From Dipteris shenzhenensis (lineage: Eukaryota): 64,000 nt of DNA. This document shows positions 1 to 12,448 of the stretch, in pieces. Position 1 is the stretch's first letter; every line of letters begins with the position of its first letter. The translations under genes were made by a program, and so were the position numbers. The stretch is from the NCBI GenBank assembly GCA_047967505.1, contig CM106538.1. One strand, written 5' to 3'. Under the pieces are notes generated by a model that did no database searches, was not told where the DNA came from, and worked only from the letters and a program-made list of their open reading frames with translations.

Positions 1-239
1 ATCTTCTGCACATCTTGTAGAGTGAAGGCACAATTGTCCACCTCCAGAACATCACCTCTTTCAGCTCATTTCACAATTATACTCCACATAAACTGAGAGC
101 CAGGTCCAGGACTTTGGCTCGATGGCATATGTCCATGTACTGCCGACACTTCCACGATGTGTCTGACGTCCCTGATCCGAATGCTTTTGATGCCATCCGA
201 TCAGCCATCCCATGCAACTTCAACCCTCCATCAAACCAG

Positions 240-1010
240 AAGCCTTCAGTTTGTATGTGAATGATCTCCTCTTAGCAAGAAATGATCTCGATTTTTAGCT
301 TCAGATTGAAACTGCACTATGTTGTGTTTGTAGAGGATGAGTTTGGGACTGTTCTTCGATTCAGCTAGGTGTATGTATATAAATTACAATTCTCCATGAG
401 TTTGAAATGATCGATAACGGACCTGCACAATATTGTTTTCTTATCTAATGGTCCGATCACTCTGTTGCAAACAAGCGCAAGTTTCAGATGAGCGATGTCA
501 AGCCGCAATTGACTCCCATGGAGGCCAGCTTGAAGTTGACTCCCCACCATCGAAGCCACTCAAGAATCCTTGCAGTTGATCCCTATCGACAACCTGTTGG
601 ATCAATTCGGTACTTGGTGACGTGCATATGCCTAGAAATTGCTTACGCAGCTTCGCAAGTTAGTCAATATATGCAAAATCCTGGCCCACAGCACATTGGT
701 TTTCAGTCAAGTGCCTATTCCATTACTTCGCTACACTCAGGCAGCCGGAATCGCCTATCAAGCTAATGATCAAATTGACTCGATCGACTAGTGCGACTCT
801 GATTGGGGCGGCGGCCGTGATACAAGAAAATCTACATAAGGTCATGTTTTCCATCTAGTTGCAGGACCGATCACGTGGTACAGCAAGAACCAATCGATAT
901 ACTACAGAGGCGAAATACATTGCCCTCTCGACGGCGCTCTCTGGTGGAATCTAGATTGCTGGACTCTTAAGAGAACTTGGCTTCCCTCTTAAGGCACCTT
1001 TTACCTTTCA
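240..1010 (+). mobile_element. Degenerate Ty1/Copia pol remnant (RT C-terminus + RNase H)
   Basis: LYVNDLLL (YVDD-like, ~252), YRQPVGSIRYLVTC..EIAYAASQVSQYMQNP (ORF 488-766), then *CDSDWGGGRDTRKST*G.VF and TTEAKYIAL; stops and frameshifts throughout. Confidence 0.9.
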
Positions 1011-1455
1011 AATAGCATTAGATTAGCCTTTCAAATAAATCTAATGCTAGATTACCTTCTATAAGGATGCGCGCCTACAAGGCTCGACTACGTTTGCAAC
1101 CGAAGCCTCGTCTGATGCTTGTTCACTCATTCTTATACATGTAGCCTTCGTTGGCTGAATAATACAACGTTCTCAGTTTTTCCTCGGACTGATCGATCTG
1201 TCAATCCTTCTCTCTCATGCCCATCTCCCTTTTCACCGCATCAGTTGCATCGCACTTGCTACGTTTGTACATAATTCATTTAAATTTAGCAAGTTGCGTC
1301 GAATCATAGCGACTCCGGTGGGCAAAGGCATTCATTTAAATTTATCAAGTTCACTTCAGCTATGTTTCAACGTGTGTTTGCAGCCCTACATCTCCTGAAA
1401 GCTTTCTTGAGTCGAACCAATGTTTTTCTGGTTTTAGATAACATTTCTGAGAGCC

Positions 1456-2797
1456 GTGAGTCTTTTGCACCTTGGAAACGATCTTTTGTGTGACACAATG
1501 CTTGTTCCAGAGATAAGTGAGGATGAAGCTATCAGCATTCTTCTTTATCACACGAAGGGTTACCGATGCGTGTTGTCCGATTTTTCCTCTGAGAGGAAGC
1601 GTGATGCAAAACATGGGATTTGCAAGGAAATTTCATTTTCGAGAGCCTCAGGGTGATACAGTCCACTACCATCCTATGGCGATGGAAATAATAGGTCATT
1701 TGTTGCGAATTTATCATGATGATGAGGATGTGACAACTTGGATGGGCAAACTGAGCAGTCTCCCAATGAAGAAACTAGAGTGGTACAGGTATGCGTGTTT
1801 TTTTGCAATTAGTGTGTGTATCGTGAAAGATGGGTAGGCAAGGATGTATACGCAGCTATGTGTTGGCAGGTTTGGTAGCTGGTTCGGTATTGACGTCTGT
1901 GTTTTTTTTCGTAGTTGAAAGACTTGAAGTTGGCCGGTGTCGTAACATGGGGGCCTGGGAAGCTGCTTGGGATGCATGCATTGTACGAGGAGTTTGCTTG
2001 AAGGATGGTGAAAGAGAGTACAAGCCAGTATGTGCACCAGAGAGGAGCAAGACAAGTGCCGGCGGCAGGAGGAGGATGCATCAGACGATTAAGTCTTGTG
2101 GAGGGGAGTTTCGAGAGAGCAGACCTGCACGAGTACACAAAGGTGGAGGTTGTGAGTTTGAAGAATTGCGAATCGCTGAGGGAGTTGAATCTGCATGGGA
2201 TGACATCCCTGCGTAGTTTGGAGGTGGAGGGGTGTGCAAGGCTGAGCAGCATCCATGGCCACAGGTCACTAGTCAAGCGCAAGCCGGTGCTGCGGCTGGT
2301 ACGATATCGTTCGCAACACGATGATCAGTGGAGGAATGCGTGGCGAATCCCAGGGGGTGGTGTAATAGGGGGGTTGCGGCAGACGATGAGTGGTGGGAAT
2401 TTGCGGAGTTTGGAGTTGGGGAACAGAGGGATGGAGCGGTTATTGGAACTGAGCAACTGGGTGGAGCTGAGGAAGCACTTGAAAGCGGTCATTGACATTT
2501 GCAAGCACTTGAAAAGTTTGAATGGCATCTCCAATCTCGGATACCTAGAAATCTCCCATTGTGAAGCCTTGGAAGACTTGCCATTGTTGTCCAAATTAAG
2601 CCAATTAAGGGAGCTATACATGTTCAATCTCAACAGTTTGCGGCATTTTCCACTAGACCTCGATCAAGAGCTACCCATCCGTCTCATGTGGTTGCACATA
2701 CACAATTGAGAGGCTACTATCCAAATGGTTTGACAAGCAAGGGTGTCCTACTTTGCTCCATGAAGCCTTCACAAGCGCCTTTGCACAACATTTCCAG
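1456..2797 (+). pseudogene. NB-ARC-LRR (NLR) resistance-gene fragment, frameshifted
   Basis: RNBS-C-like VPEISEDEAISILLYH, GLPL-like HYHPMAMEIIGHLL..W, RNBS-D-like YACFF, then plant NLR-type LRRs in ORF 2005-2709 (LKNCESLRELNL, LEISHCEALEDLPLLSKLSQLRELYM). The motifs fall in different frames; no P-loop seen. Confidence 0.7.
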
Positions 2798-4338
2798 GTA
2801 AGAAATGCCTTTTCCTAAGAACAAATCTCTTTGCTCTCCCGCCCCTCTCTCCCCAACACAACCCCCCTCCCTCTTTAAAAAAAAAAGAAAAAGAAGAAGG
2901 TAAAAAGCCCAAATATTTCTCTCTTTCACATATAAACAAGGATTTAAAAATGACCTCAAGCATACCACGTGGTATGGTATGGCTCCAAAAAAAACCAAAC
3001 TTCACCAATTTTAGTCCCAATCCAAATACTTTTTGTCTGTCACATATAAACAAGGATGATCTTGCACATAAGGCATGGTATGGTCTTCACAAATTTTAGT
3101 CTCGATTCATAATACCTTCAGATTCGTTGTAGTATTTATTCATATACTTCTCTCAATACAAAACTTTTATAAGCAAGCCTGTAATCTCAACGAGAGAAGA
3201 CGCCTACATAGTCAACTACTTGCATCAACAATAGTCATTGCACGTCTTTTGCACGAGGCTTGCTGTGAACAGAAAACATATTATCTCATCAAATTAGTAC
3301 ATGCTTTATTGTTATTGTTATGGTTGTGTTGGGATGAGGGGCATCCACAAGAACATGCATTTCAGCAATTTTGGGTCAAGTCAGTATTTCATCATTTGCG
3401 CATTCAATCCTGCAAAAGTTAGTTCCAATATATCTTCATAAAGATCTAAATGTCATAGCCTATGTGTTAACATACACAATCGAGATCCTAGCAGCTATAA
3501 CTTACACTACAAGATTCATGGACTATGACGGCCACATTTATGCGGAAATAAAGGCACCTATTCTATTGATCATCGAGTTATATAATGACATAAAAGATGC
3601 AAGACAGTGGTCTCAAATTCCACACCAGTGTTGTGGAAATCACTTTCCTCAACCATTTCAACAAAGTGCTCTTCAGCACCTTTTGACTATGTTTGAAATA
3701 TTCCCAGAAACAAGATCCACTCGATTTGAGCTTCAATGAACTCTTGATTCAAGATGATTCATTAAGAAGTGGAACGAGGTGAGATAGCATCATATGATAA
3801 GAAGTAAATATTGTTACATCCTTTCTTGTAAGGGAGATAATCTACACAATTAATTCTCCATGGCCCTTTTCTATCTATTTCTCTAAAATAGTATGTTAAG
3901 ATTCGAGCCTTGGTGTTTGGAGGATATTCAAGGGCATTAGTGTCTACCCTATGTGATGCATTTCAATCATCAAATTTTATATTAGTTTGATGAATTTTTG
4001 GCATGGTAGCTAGTGGGGGGGTTTCCATCATGATTGTCAAGTTACTTGTCAAATTAAAGGGAACCATCTCATTGATATATGTTGTGTGAAGTGTTTCAAT
4101 TTGTCTTCCATAAACTTTAATATTTATATTCCAATGCAATACCAAAGGTCAATCGACATTGCAGGCTTCTTTCCTTTAATTTCTCCATAATATAATTAAG
4201 GAGTGCACCTCACTAGATGTCCTCTATTTTGACAAAAAATATTTGCAGTGTTTATTTCATATTTGGTTGCCCTTTAAGGCATGTACACACGTATTAGAGA
4301 ACATCTTGTTCTGTGAGCACGCTCAAACTAGGTATGTT

Positions 4339-4609
4339 GGGTGAAAGCAATTAGGTGGACAAAAAAGTGTCATTGACATCATAATTTATAAAGCTTCCTA
4401 AGCACTTTATTTTCAATTACAGGCATGTGCAAAAAATAAAAATTGCATATCATGCTATAGATCCTTGGATAGCTCTTGAGGAGGAGAATCAAGATGTATA
4501 AAATTTGATAGATTTGGATTTAATTTACAAAAATTTTACCAGAGGTGCCATTTACAACTTTTTCATAGCCTTCTTTGAAAAACAGTACCACCTATTATTG
4601 CTTTCACCA
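4339..4609. mobile_element. 271-bp non-autonomous MITE with Sola2-like termini
   Basis: Left end GGGTGAAAGCAATTAGGTGG; right end CCACCTATTATTGCTTTCACCA (imperfect inverted repeat); flanked by 4-bp direct repeat TGTT (4335-4338 and 4610-4613). The first 11 bp match the right TIR of the 5499-20116 element. Confidence 0.85.
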
Positions 4610-5989
4610 TGTTACCAATAGAAAGTATAATGCATGGGAGGAATTCGATTTACAGATTCATTAGTCAATGTTTCACTGTCATTATGTAATGGATTTCACC
4701 ACCTAGCCACAAGTTGAGAAAGATTCCACTGCAAAGAAGTTGCTGTTTCTATTAATCTTCTTTATTATGTGGTGATGTATTCATGTTGTTTTGGGATAAG
4801 GTGAGCTCATTTGTAATGTTCCTTTTTATGTCCTTTATTGGTGTGCATGATTTCAAGGTTTTGAATTGAAGGTATGATACGACTACATAATCTTTTAGGA
4901 AGTAGTATCTACCATTGAACAATGATTGCAATTCTACATAATGCTTGCAAAAGTAGTGTCTAAATCACAATCATGTACTTTTCAACTTTGTTGTGCATAA
5001 TATTTCATCATTAAGGTAGAGTAGGGTGGTTTGTTATATGCAAAAAATGCATATCAAGCATCTATAAGTGTTTAGATCGTATGCTTGGGTCCATGTGCAC
5101 AAGGATTCCTAGACCAATCTTGATCCACATAGCTAAAATGCACCTTCATTAGCTACAACAAACTATGGTGGCATGAAATTAAGTAGCGGCTTATGATTCC
5201 ATAATTGGATGGGTTTGCATGACGATGATTATTTTTGTGCCAAAACAAGCAAGTCCCACTCATCGTGGTTCCCTCACCTTTAATTATGGTGGCTCAAATT
5301 TTGATTAATTGAAGATGGCTCATGATCATTTGGATGGCACCATTGGGTCTCTAGTCGCACACTAGCTAGCTCAGATTCGATTTATTTAAGGTGGCTTATT
5401 AAGATAGCTCATGATTATTTGATTTGGCACCACTGGGCCTCCAGTCGCCATGGTGGATCAAATTTTGATTAATTTAAGGCTGCAATTTAACATTAGATGG
5501 GTGAAGCATGCTACGGTGTCTAAAAAAGTACTATTTTTGGCAAAAGTTCTAGCATAGATATAGTACTAAATTATGTACTAAAAGCTGCTAATAGTTGGAT
5601 TAGATTTCCACATATTGAGGAGTCCACGATCTGCAATCTGCAATCCACTCTCAATCGAGGATGATTTCCTCACACATCGAGGAATCCACGATCTGCAATC
5701 TACTCTCAATTGACTCTCTTTTCTCTGGTGGAATCACTCGCACATGTTTGAAACCATTGACAGTTGACTCTCTTCTCTCGTGGAGTCCTATCTGTGTCCC
5801 TGCAATTATCTCTACTCATCTTCACTAGAGGTCCATTGCTCCCTCTCTTAGAGGTCCATTGCTCTCCCTTCCCGGCTCTTTCCATTCTTTGTGCAAACTG
5901 GCTCTCCCCTTCTCTCTCATTGAAGCCCTCACACTTTGGACTGTATGTTCTCTTTGGTGCAAAAATCAATTATGTTTAAGCGATTCTAC

Positions 5990-6036
<47 letters not shown>

Positions 6037-6127
6037 GATGACTTTTGCGTACATTAAGATTGAGCATGCATGTTTTGACGTATTGTCTTCTTGTGTCATT
6101 CATTAATTTATGATTTACCATTGAAAT

Positions 6128-9100
6128 ATGGTTGTGCATAGGATGGAGAACTTTGCATTAGAAGTGCCACACCATGAAGGGAACTCACTCAATGCACTGC
6201 CACAGCATTGCTTTGAAAGGAACATGAGACACTTGACATTAGCAGTTGTGCGACATTTCAAGCATACCACAAAGAACTTGGACTTGAGAACGAAGGCTAA
6301 CATTTTGTCTAAGGTTATAAAACATCCATATATGAAAGAGGTTGTTGATGAGATGAATTTTCAAAGCCAGTTCATATCAATGGCAATAGTGGATAATCTA
6401 AAGACGTCATTGAGTCTTGTGAAAAGAGTAGAAAGTGATGATAAGTTAGCTGCAAAGAGAGCAACTCTCCACATGATTGCTAACACTTCAGCATTTAAAA
6501 AATATAGTGATAGCAAAGTAGCCAAAGCCCTTGGAATTCAAGCAAGGAATCTGAAGAAACATCGCGTGGACGTAAAGACAAGCTTCCTTCAAATGGGCAA
6601 ATGGAGGTCGAAAGCATAGTGATTCCTTAAGTTGTGAGGTTGTTCAATGTGTTGTCCAATTCTAGAGAGACAACACTAGGGTTTCCCCAAACAAGAAGGA
6701 TGTTTGCAAGTATAGACTTGGCCCAAAAAAGTATGCAATACATCCCACCCATTTCTTGGAGCTCATAGAGGTGCATCTTCCTTCTTTCAATGAAGCCCAA
6801 GTTACACACTATTATTTGGTACTCTTTACAACTATTTAGTACTATCAGGGATAATATTAGTATTGTTCAAATGTTAAAGCTAACATTTAACACTGTAACA
6901 AACTCTATATGAATCGAATTTAGTACTAAATCATAATATCACAGTACTAAATACTACACCAGGGACTTAATACGTTTATAGTATAGACCATATTTTAGAA
7001 ATCAGTCCTAGGAATAAAGATAGGATAAAATAGTATTGTTTGCTCTTTTAAGTCAGTTATTATGACTAAATAGAATACTCATTATGACTAAATAGTACTA
7101 TTTAGTATTAATTAGTAAAGTGATGTTTAAAATTGTTTGTATTAGAGAAGGACTTTGAGCATAATCATTCTCTCCTTGCACTAACTCTGCTACTAGTTCT
7201 ATTTAGTACTATCTAGTACTATCCCTTGCACTAACCCTGCTACTAGTACTATATAGTATTGTTTAGATATTGTTCTCTTCCTTGCCTTAACTCTACTATT
7301 ACTACTATTAGTTCTATTTAGTATTATTTTGCAGTATTTTAGTACTATTTGGTACTTTGTAGCACTTAATAACATTTAGCATTGAGTAAGTACTATTTAC
7401 TGAGTACTATTTAGGACTCAATAATTCTTAGTGCTTAGTAATATTAGCACTTAGTAAGTACTCTTCAATACTATCTAGCACTTAGTAATATTAGCACTTA
7501 CTATTCAATACTAATAGTACTATATAGCACCTAGTAATATCACACTTACCATCTAGCACTTGCTATTTAGTACTGATAGTACTACAGATCAAGAATTTAC
7601 TATTTAGTAATATTAGCACTTGCTATCCAACACTTAGTAATATTAGCACTTACTAATAGTACTAATATTAGCACTTACTAATAGTACTAAACTAGCAGTT
7701 ATAGTAATATTTACACTTAGTACTATCTAGCATTTAGTAAAATATTTAGCACTTAGTACTATGTAAACATATTTAGTACTATCTAGCATTTACTATTTAG
7801 TACTTACTATATAGTACTATCTAGAATTTACAACAATACTTAGCACCTAGTACTATTTAGCATTAGTACTATCTAGCACTTTTATTGATATTTGGCACTA
7901 CTAGTAGCAGTTAAGACTTAGTAATTGAGTGATAGAACTTAGAAAAATAATGATGGCACTCTAAGTTTTATAGTTTTTTTGTTTGCTGTCTAGGTTTAAA
8001 TAATATTGATTGTTGATGATTGATTTTGCAAGTAGAATTTTTTCTTAATTTCACGGAGGAGCATCATTCCATAGATATTGGTTTCCATTCTTTTTAGAAT
8101 CTGAAGCCCTATTTCATTAAAAAACTAAAGGAAAGGAATACTTGTTGTATTTACCATACAAGAATAGAGTTGTTCCGACTAGCAATGAATTCCATGAGGT
8201 AGAATAGCACATTGCTGCATGGAGATATGTGTGTGCTTATGCAAGGTTTGTAGGTCCCAAGGGAAGGACACGTGTGTTGCCCACACCAACAGTTGTTCTT
8301 CTATGTCTAAACTATGGCGTTCAGTAGTATGTCCAAAGGAAGAGGATGCTGAATGGCACAAGCTTGAATGCTTATTGCGCAAATGTGGCAAGTGCCCACA
8401 ACCATTGTTTTACTCATGTGAGTTGGATGATGCAGATGGTGCATTGATAAGATGGATTACGTATGAATATGTCACCGAGGATACAAAAAAATGTGATGCA
8501 AAGAAAAGAATAAATTTCTTATACAAGGAAACTCCTCCATCCATCATCATCCCTCAATACTTGCAACACTTAAATGTATTTATCACTCGCAACTTCCGTA
8601 GTTACTAGTGGCAACACTCTCAATTCAAAGAGTGCACCACAAATTTTTCTGATGATGTGGTGCTTTTAGTTGTTGACTTTGTAGAGAACTATACATTCAA
8701 AGTGCGAAAGAGGTTCAATCAATGCATTGGCATAATGACCAAGTGAACATCTTGGTTCATATTTGCTATTGGAAGGAGACGAGTGAGATAAAAAAGCAAT
8801 CCATCTTTTATATTTCAGATGACAAAGAACATGAAACACTATTTATGCAGCATTGCTTTATGCTCCACCATCAATGGTTGGTGTCTAAAGGCTTGAAGTT
8901 TAAAAGGTTTGGTCAGATGAGACAGCATCTCGGTTCAAGGCCGCTCGTCCATTTTACTTTGTTGCAAGGTAAGACATTGGACACTGCCCCCTTATTTTCT
9001 ACATCACACTAAAGATGTTGCATATTTTAAAATGCAATATATATGTTGTTTGTTATGCTAGGTATTGCTCTTTGACTAGCATTTGGATGATGTGGAACTT

Positions 9101-9935
9101 TTTTGGAAGCGGTCATGGCAAGGGAGAACATGATGGGACTGGTGCAGTCATAAAGCGTGCACTAACCAGTGAGCAATTGGATGTAAATGGTGCAAAGCTA
9201 CAAAATGCACATGTTGTTGTGGAATGGTTGGCATGGAAGATGGGAGATGATTCTAAACAAAGGCTCTTTGTAGAAGTAAAGGTTGGTGATGTTGACAGGT
9301 CTAAATCATGGAACTGCCAGACCATCAAAGGAAGTCATTCAACACACTACATATTGGGTTTTAGTAGCAAAGATCCCACACAAGCCTTGTTTAGACATTT
9401 GTCATGCTTTTGTTCATTTTTCATGGATGAAACATGGGATAAGTACACCAATTTATCTCATGCAAGTCCATGGACCTTGAACAGGCTAGAGCCCATCAAG
9501 GGACAAATTGCATTAGACATGGAGAAGGAATCTATAACATATGCGATGGATGGAGACTAGCTGGCTGACATGCTTCAGATGGGTGACCATTTTGCAGTAC
9601 TACGGTCCCCTACAAATGAAGATAATGAGGATTATTATGTGGTGCTGTGCTCAAAATAAAAAACAGTCCTCATAGAGCAAGAGACGGATGGCTGCGGTAA
9701 TGTCTTCAACATTGGGGATCAAGTGGCTTCTGGAATCTTTTATGCAAAAATCCCAAAATGCAAAAGCAGTTACGCATTACTAAAAGATGCACCTCTTGCT
9801 ATAGTGCATGTTGATTTGGTGTTGGCAATAAAGGTCCAAATGTTGCAAGCAAAGCACAAGGTTAAAGGCCAGAGAACGGTGTATCGTGTACCCCAGGAGG
9901 TGCACAAACAAATCTTGGCAAACATTTCTCTTTAA
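6128..9935 (+). pseudogene. Sola2-type DDD transposase, spliced, disrupted
   Basis: Exon 1 ends with NTRVSPNKKDV..R.G.KKY..H..HFLE; putative intron ~6771-8031; LKPYFIKKLKERNTCC.YH and CPK..W.KLEC...CGKC Zn motifs; triad DFVENY (~8675), WSDETASRFK (~8910), FFGSGHGKGEHDG (~9100-9137); GT-AG intron ~8969-9061; several stops and frameshifts. Confidence 0.8.
6810..7930. repeat. AT-rich degenerate TAGTACTA/TAGCACTTAG repeat array in the transposase intron
   Basis: Dozens of TAGTACTA and TTTAGCACT units; the same motif recurs at 10150-10370 and, inverted, at 18550-18860. Confidence 0.8.
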
Positions 9936-10234
9936 GAACTGTTGCTGAGCACGTATTTTTGCAATGGCTCTTACATATTTTTATGCGCGTTTTGTATTTT
10001 TAGCTGCCCCTTTAAGGGTTGCTTTTTGTAATACAAAGGCATCTTGTTTCTCTTGGGGATGCTCCGCAGTAGTAGTGAGGATCTTAAACAGTGATTGTGT
10101 ACTATTGTAGTAATTTTTGTAGTTCATATTAAGTTTGTTCTATTGTCATATCATACTACTTATTACTATTTGGTTAGTACTATGTACTACTATCTTAAGT
10201 AACTCATCTGTTGTTAATTGAGAGAGAAAGAGAG

Positions 10235-10293
<59 letters not shown>

Positions 10294-10389
10294 CATTGTA
10301 CTAATGTTATATCATACTATTTAGTACTATTTGGTTAGTACTATATGATACTATGTAGTACTATCTTAAGTAGCACATATGCTGTCAAT

Positions 10390-10474
<85 letters not shown>

Positions 10475-11726
10475 CATTGTACTACTGCCATATCATATTT
10501 TTGTAATGTTCCCCTTTTTAATATATTGCACTTATAATTCAGAATGAGCCATACAAAATCAGAAGGCACCATATAAAATCATAATGAGACATATAGAATC
10601 AGTCATATGACATTATGGATCCCAAATCTCATGTGGAAGGTCTGCTATTCTTTGTTGGATGATAAACCAATCCGTGGGCTTTGGATCTTCAGTTAACAGA
10701 TGAAACGACAGCATCAACACACCCCATGTCAACATAATTTGCAGAAAAGACTTCAACGAATAATTTGGCTGTATGCTCACCACGAGCAGCTGCTGTAATG
10801 CGCTCAATCACATGGCCTTCATAAGGGTATCTCATGGTAAAGGTAGGAACACTTTCTCTGGCATTTGCTAAATCCAATAAGTATGGGAGCAACTGATCTG
10901 ATAGCTCATCATCATTAGGATCTCTGTCATAGGCAAAAGGAGTTATGCAGAAACCGGGTGGATTTAATGCTGCTTTCAAAGAAGTGCCGTCAACCAGGAG
11001 TGTGTTCATGGGATCATAGTTAATGTCATGTGTAGCCAATGCACTAAATGGCTTAAGCAGACACATCTCATCCAGCCGTGTTGCGTGGTGGAATTCTTCC
11101 CTTGTACAACAATCCTCCTGTGCGAAATTGAACAAGAACTTGAACTCCCTAAACTCATCATATCCGCTTTCTATCAAAGACACTATGGGACTAACATTTC
11201 TCCTTGTCATACTGCTCCATGTAGCGATCTCAAAATGCTTCCACAAATATTTCATGAAATTGATCAACTGTGGCTGCAAAGAGATGAATGGTTGCCTAAT
11301 TTATAAACATCACCACCTTGACCATTTTAGGAGCAGTCTGCCACCACCTCTTTAACAATATTCCATTCAAATCAAAGATTAACAACTTTTTTTGAGGCAG
11401 AACATCTCCGGAGTTACCTAGAAGCAACAATAACACATATACAAATCCATCATACTTGAGTTGATGAATTGCAAAAAGAATTTCATATAACTTACGAGAA
11501 GATAAATTGCAAAAAGAATTTCATTAAAAAAACAAGGAAGATAAATTGCAAAAATAATTTCATTCAAAAAACAAGAAGATAAATTGTAATAAAACAAGAA
11601 GATAAATTGCAAAAAGAGTTTCATTTAAAACTTGCAAGATCACCTCTCATACAATGTCAATTTCATAGACGTTTTGGTCCTAACATTTGGGGTTGGGCAT
11701 TTGCTAGGATCAATCAAATACGACTT

Positions 11727-12448
11727 TGTTACAAAAATTATATATCTGATATATCTTGCTTTGGACATTATTATTTTAGTCAAGTGTGACTATGGCAAAG
11801 TACTCCATAGGAGCACACCGGACGTGGCAAGGGTCCTAGTGGATACTTTGTGTGGTTAGTTGGGGATGGGTGACTAGCTTGTGTTTTGCCGTGCTAGATG
11901 GTTGGTATTGTGGGTGATTCCATGTTAATACTGATGTCACTATTGTTATTAATGTTGTGCTTGATTATTGTGCTTTAAGCGTGATTATGTTGGGATCGGT
12001 TGATTTGGTGATTCGTTCAATCGATTGTTAATAACTAATGTAATTGGCATCTTGAGTACATGTGATGGAACGCATGTGAGGATTGGAGTTAGTGCGAGGG
12101 TACCGATCAAGGTGTTGCATAGCACATTTTATATGGCCATGGGCCAATTTTGTATTTGCTTTATTATTGCAAGTTTGAGCAATATATTTTGTATTGGACA
12201 TAATTCATTTTTGGGCCCTAAGATGGCTATGTAAAGCAAATCCCTCATTTTGGAAGAGAGGGATAATTTTGGCTCCTTGGTGCTTTTATGAAATATCATA
12301 AATACTCTAGATGAGGAAGCGTGAGCCACTCATCTGGGGGGGGAGATTGTACCCAATCTGGTGTCGCTTTCATGGTGTGATTGTGCTCTTCTTCCCCAAT
12401 TGATTAAGTGGTGAATTTGTGGTTAAGGTAATTACCTTTTGGGTTTCA
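11727..12448 (+). repeat. Gypsy 5' LTR (722 bp)
   Basis: Direct repeat of 17410-18132; followed by the PBS. Confidence 0.92.

Noticed and set aside
3075-4145. ORFs 3075-3422, 3371-3739 and 3963-4145
   Set aside because: No recognisable motif on either strand; probably decayed repeat sequence.
5991-6034. (CT)n/(GA)n microsatellites here and at ~10240, 10405, 19770, 27740, 35655 and 47280
   Set aside because: Ordinary simple repeats, abundant across the window.
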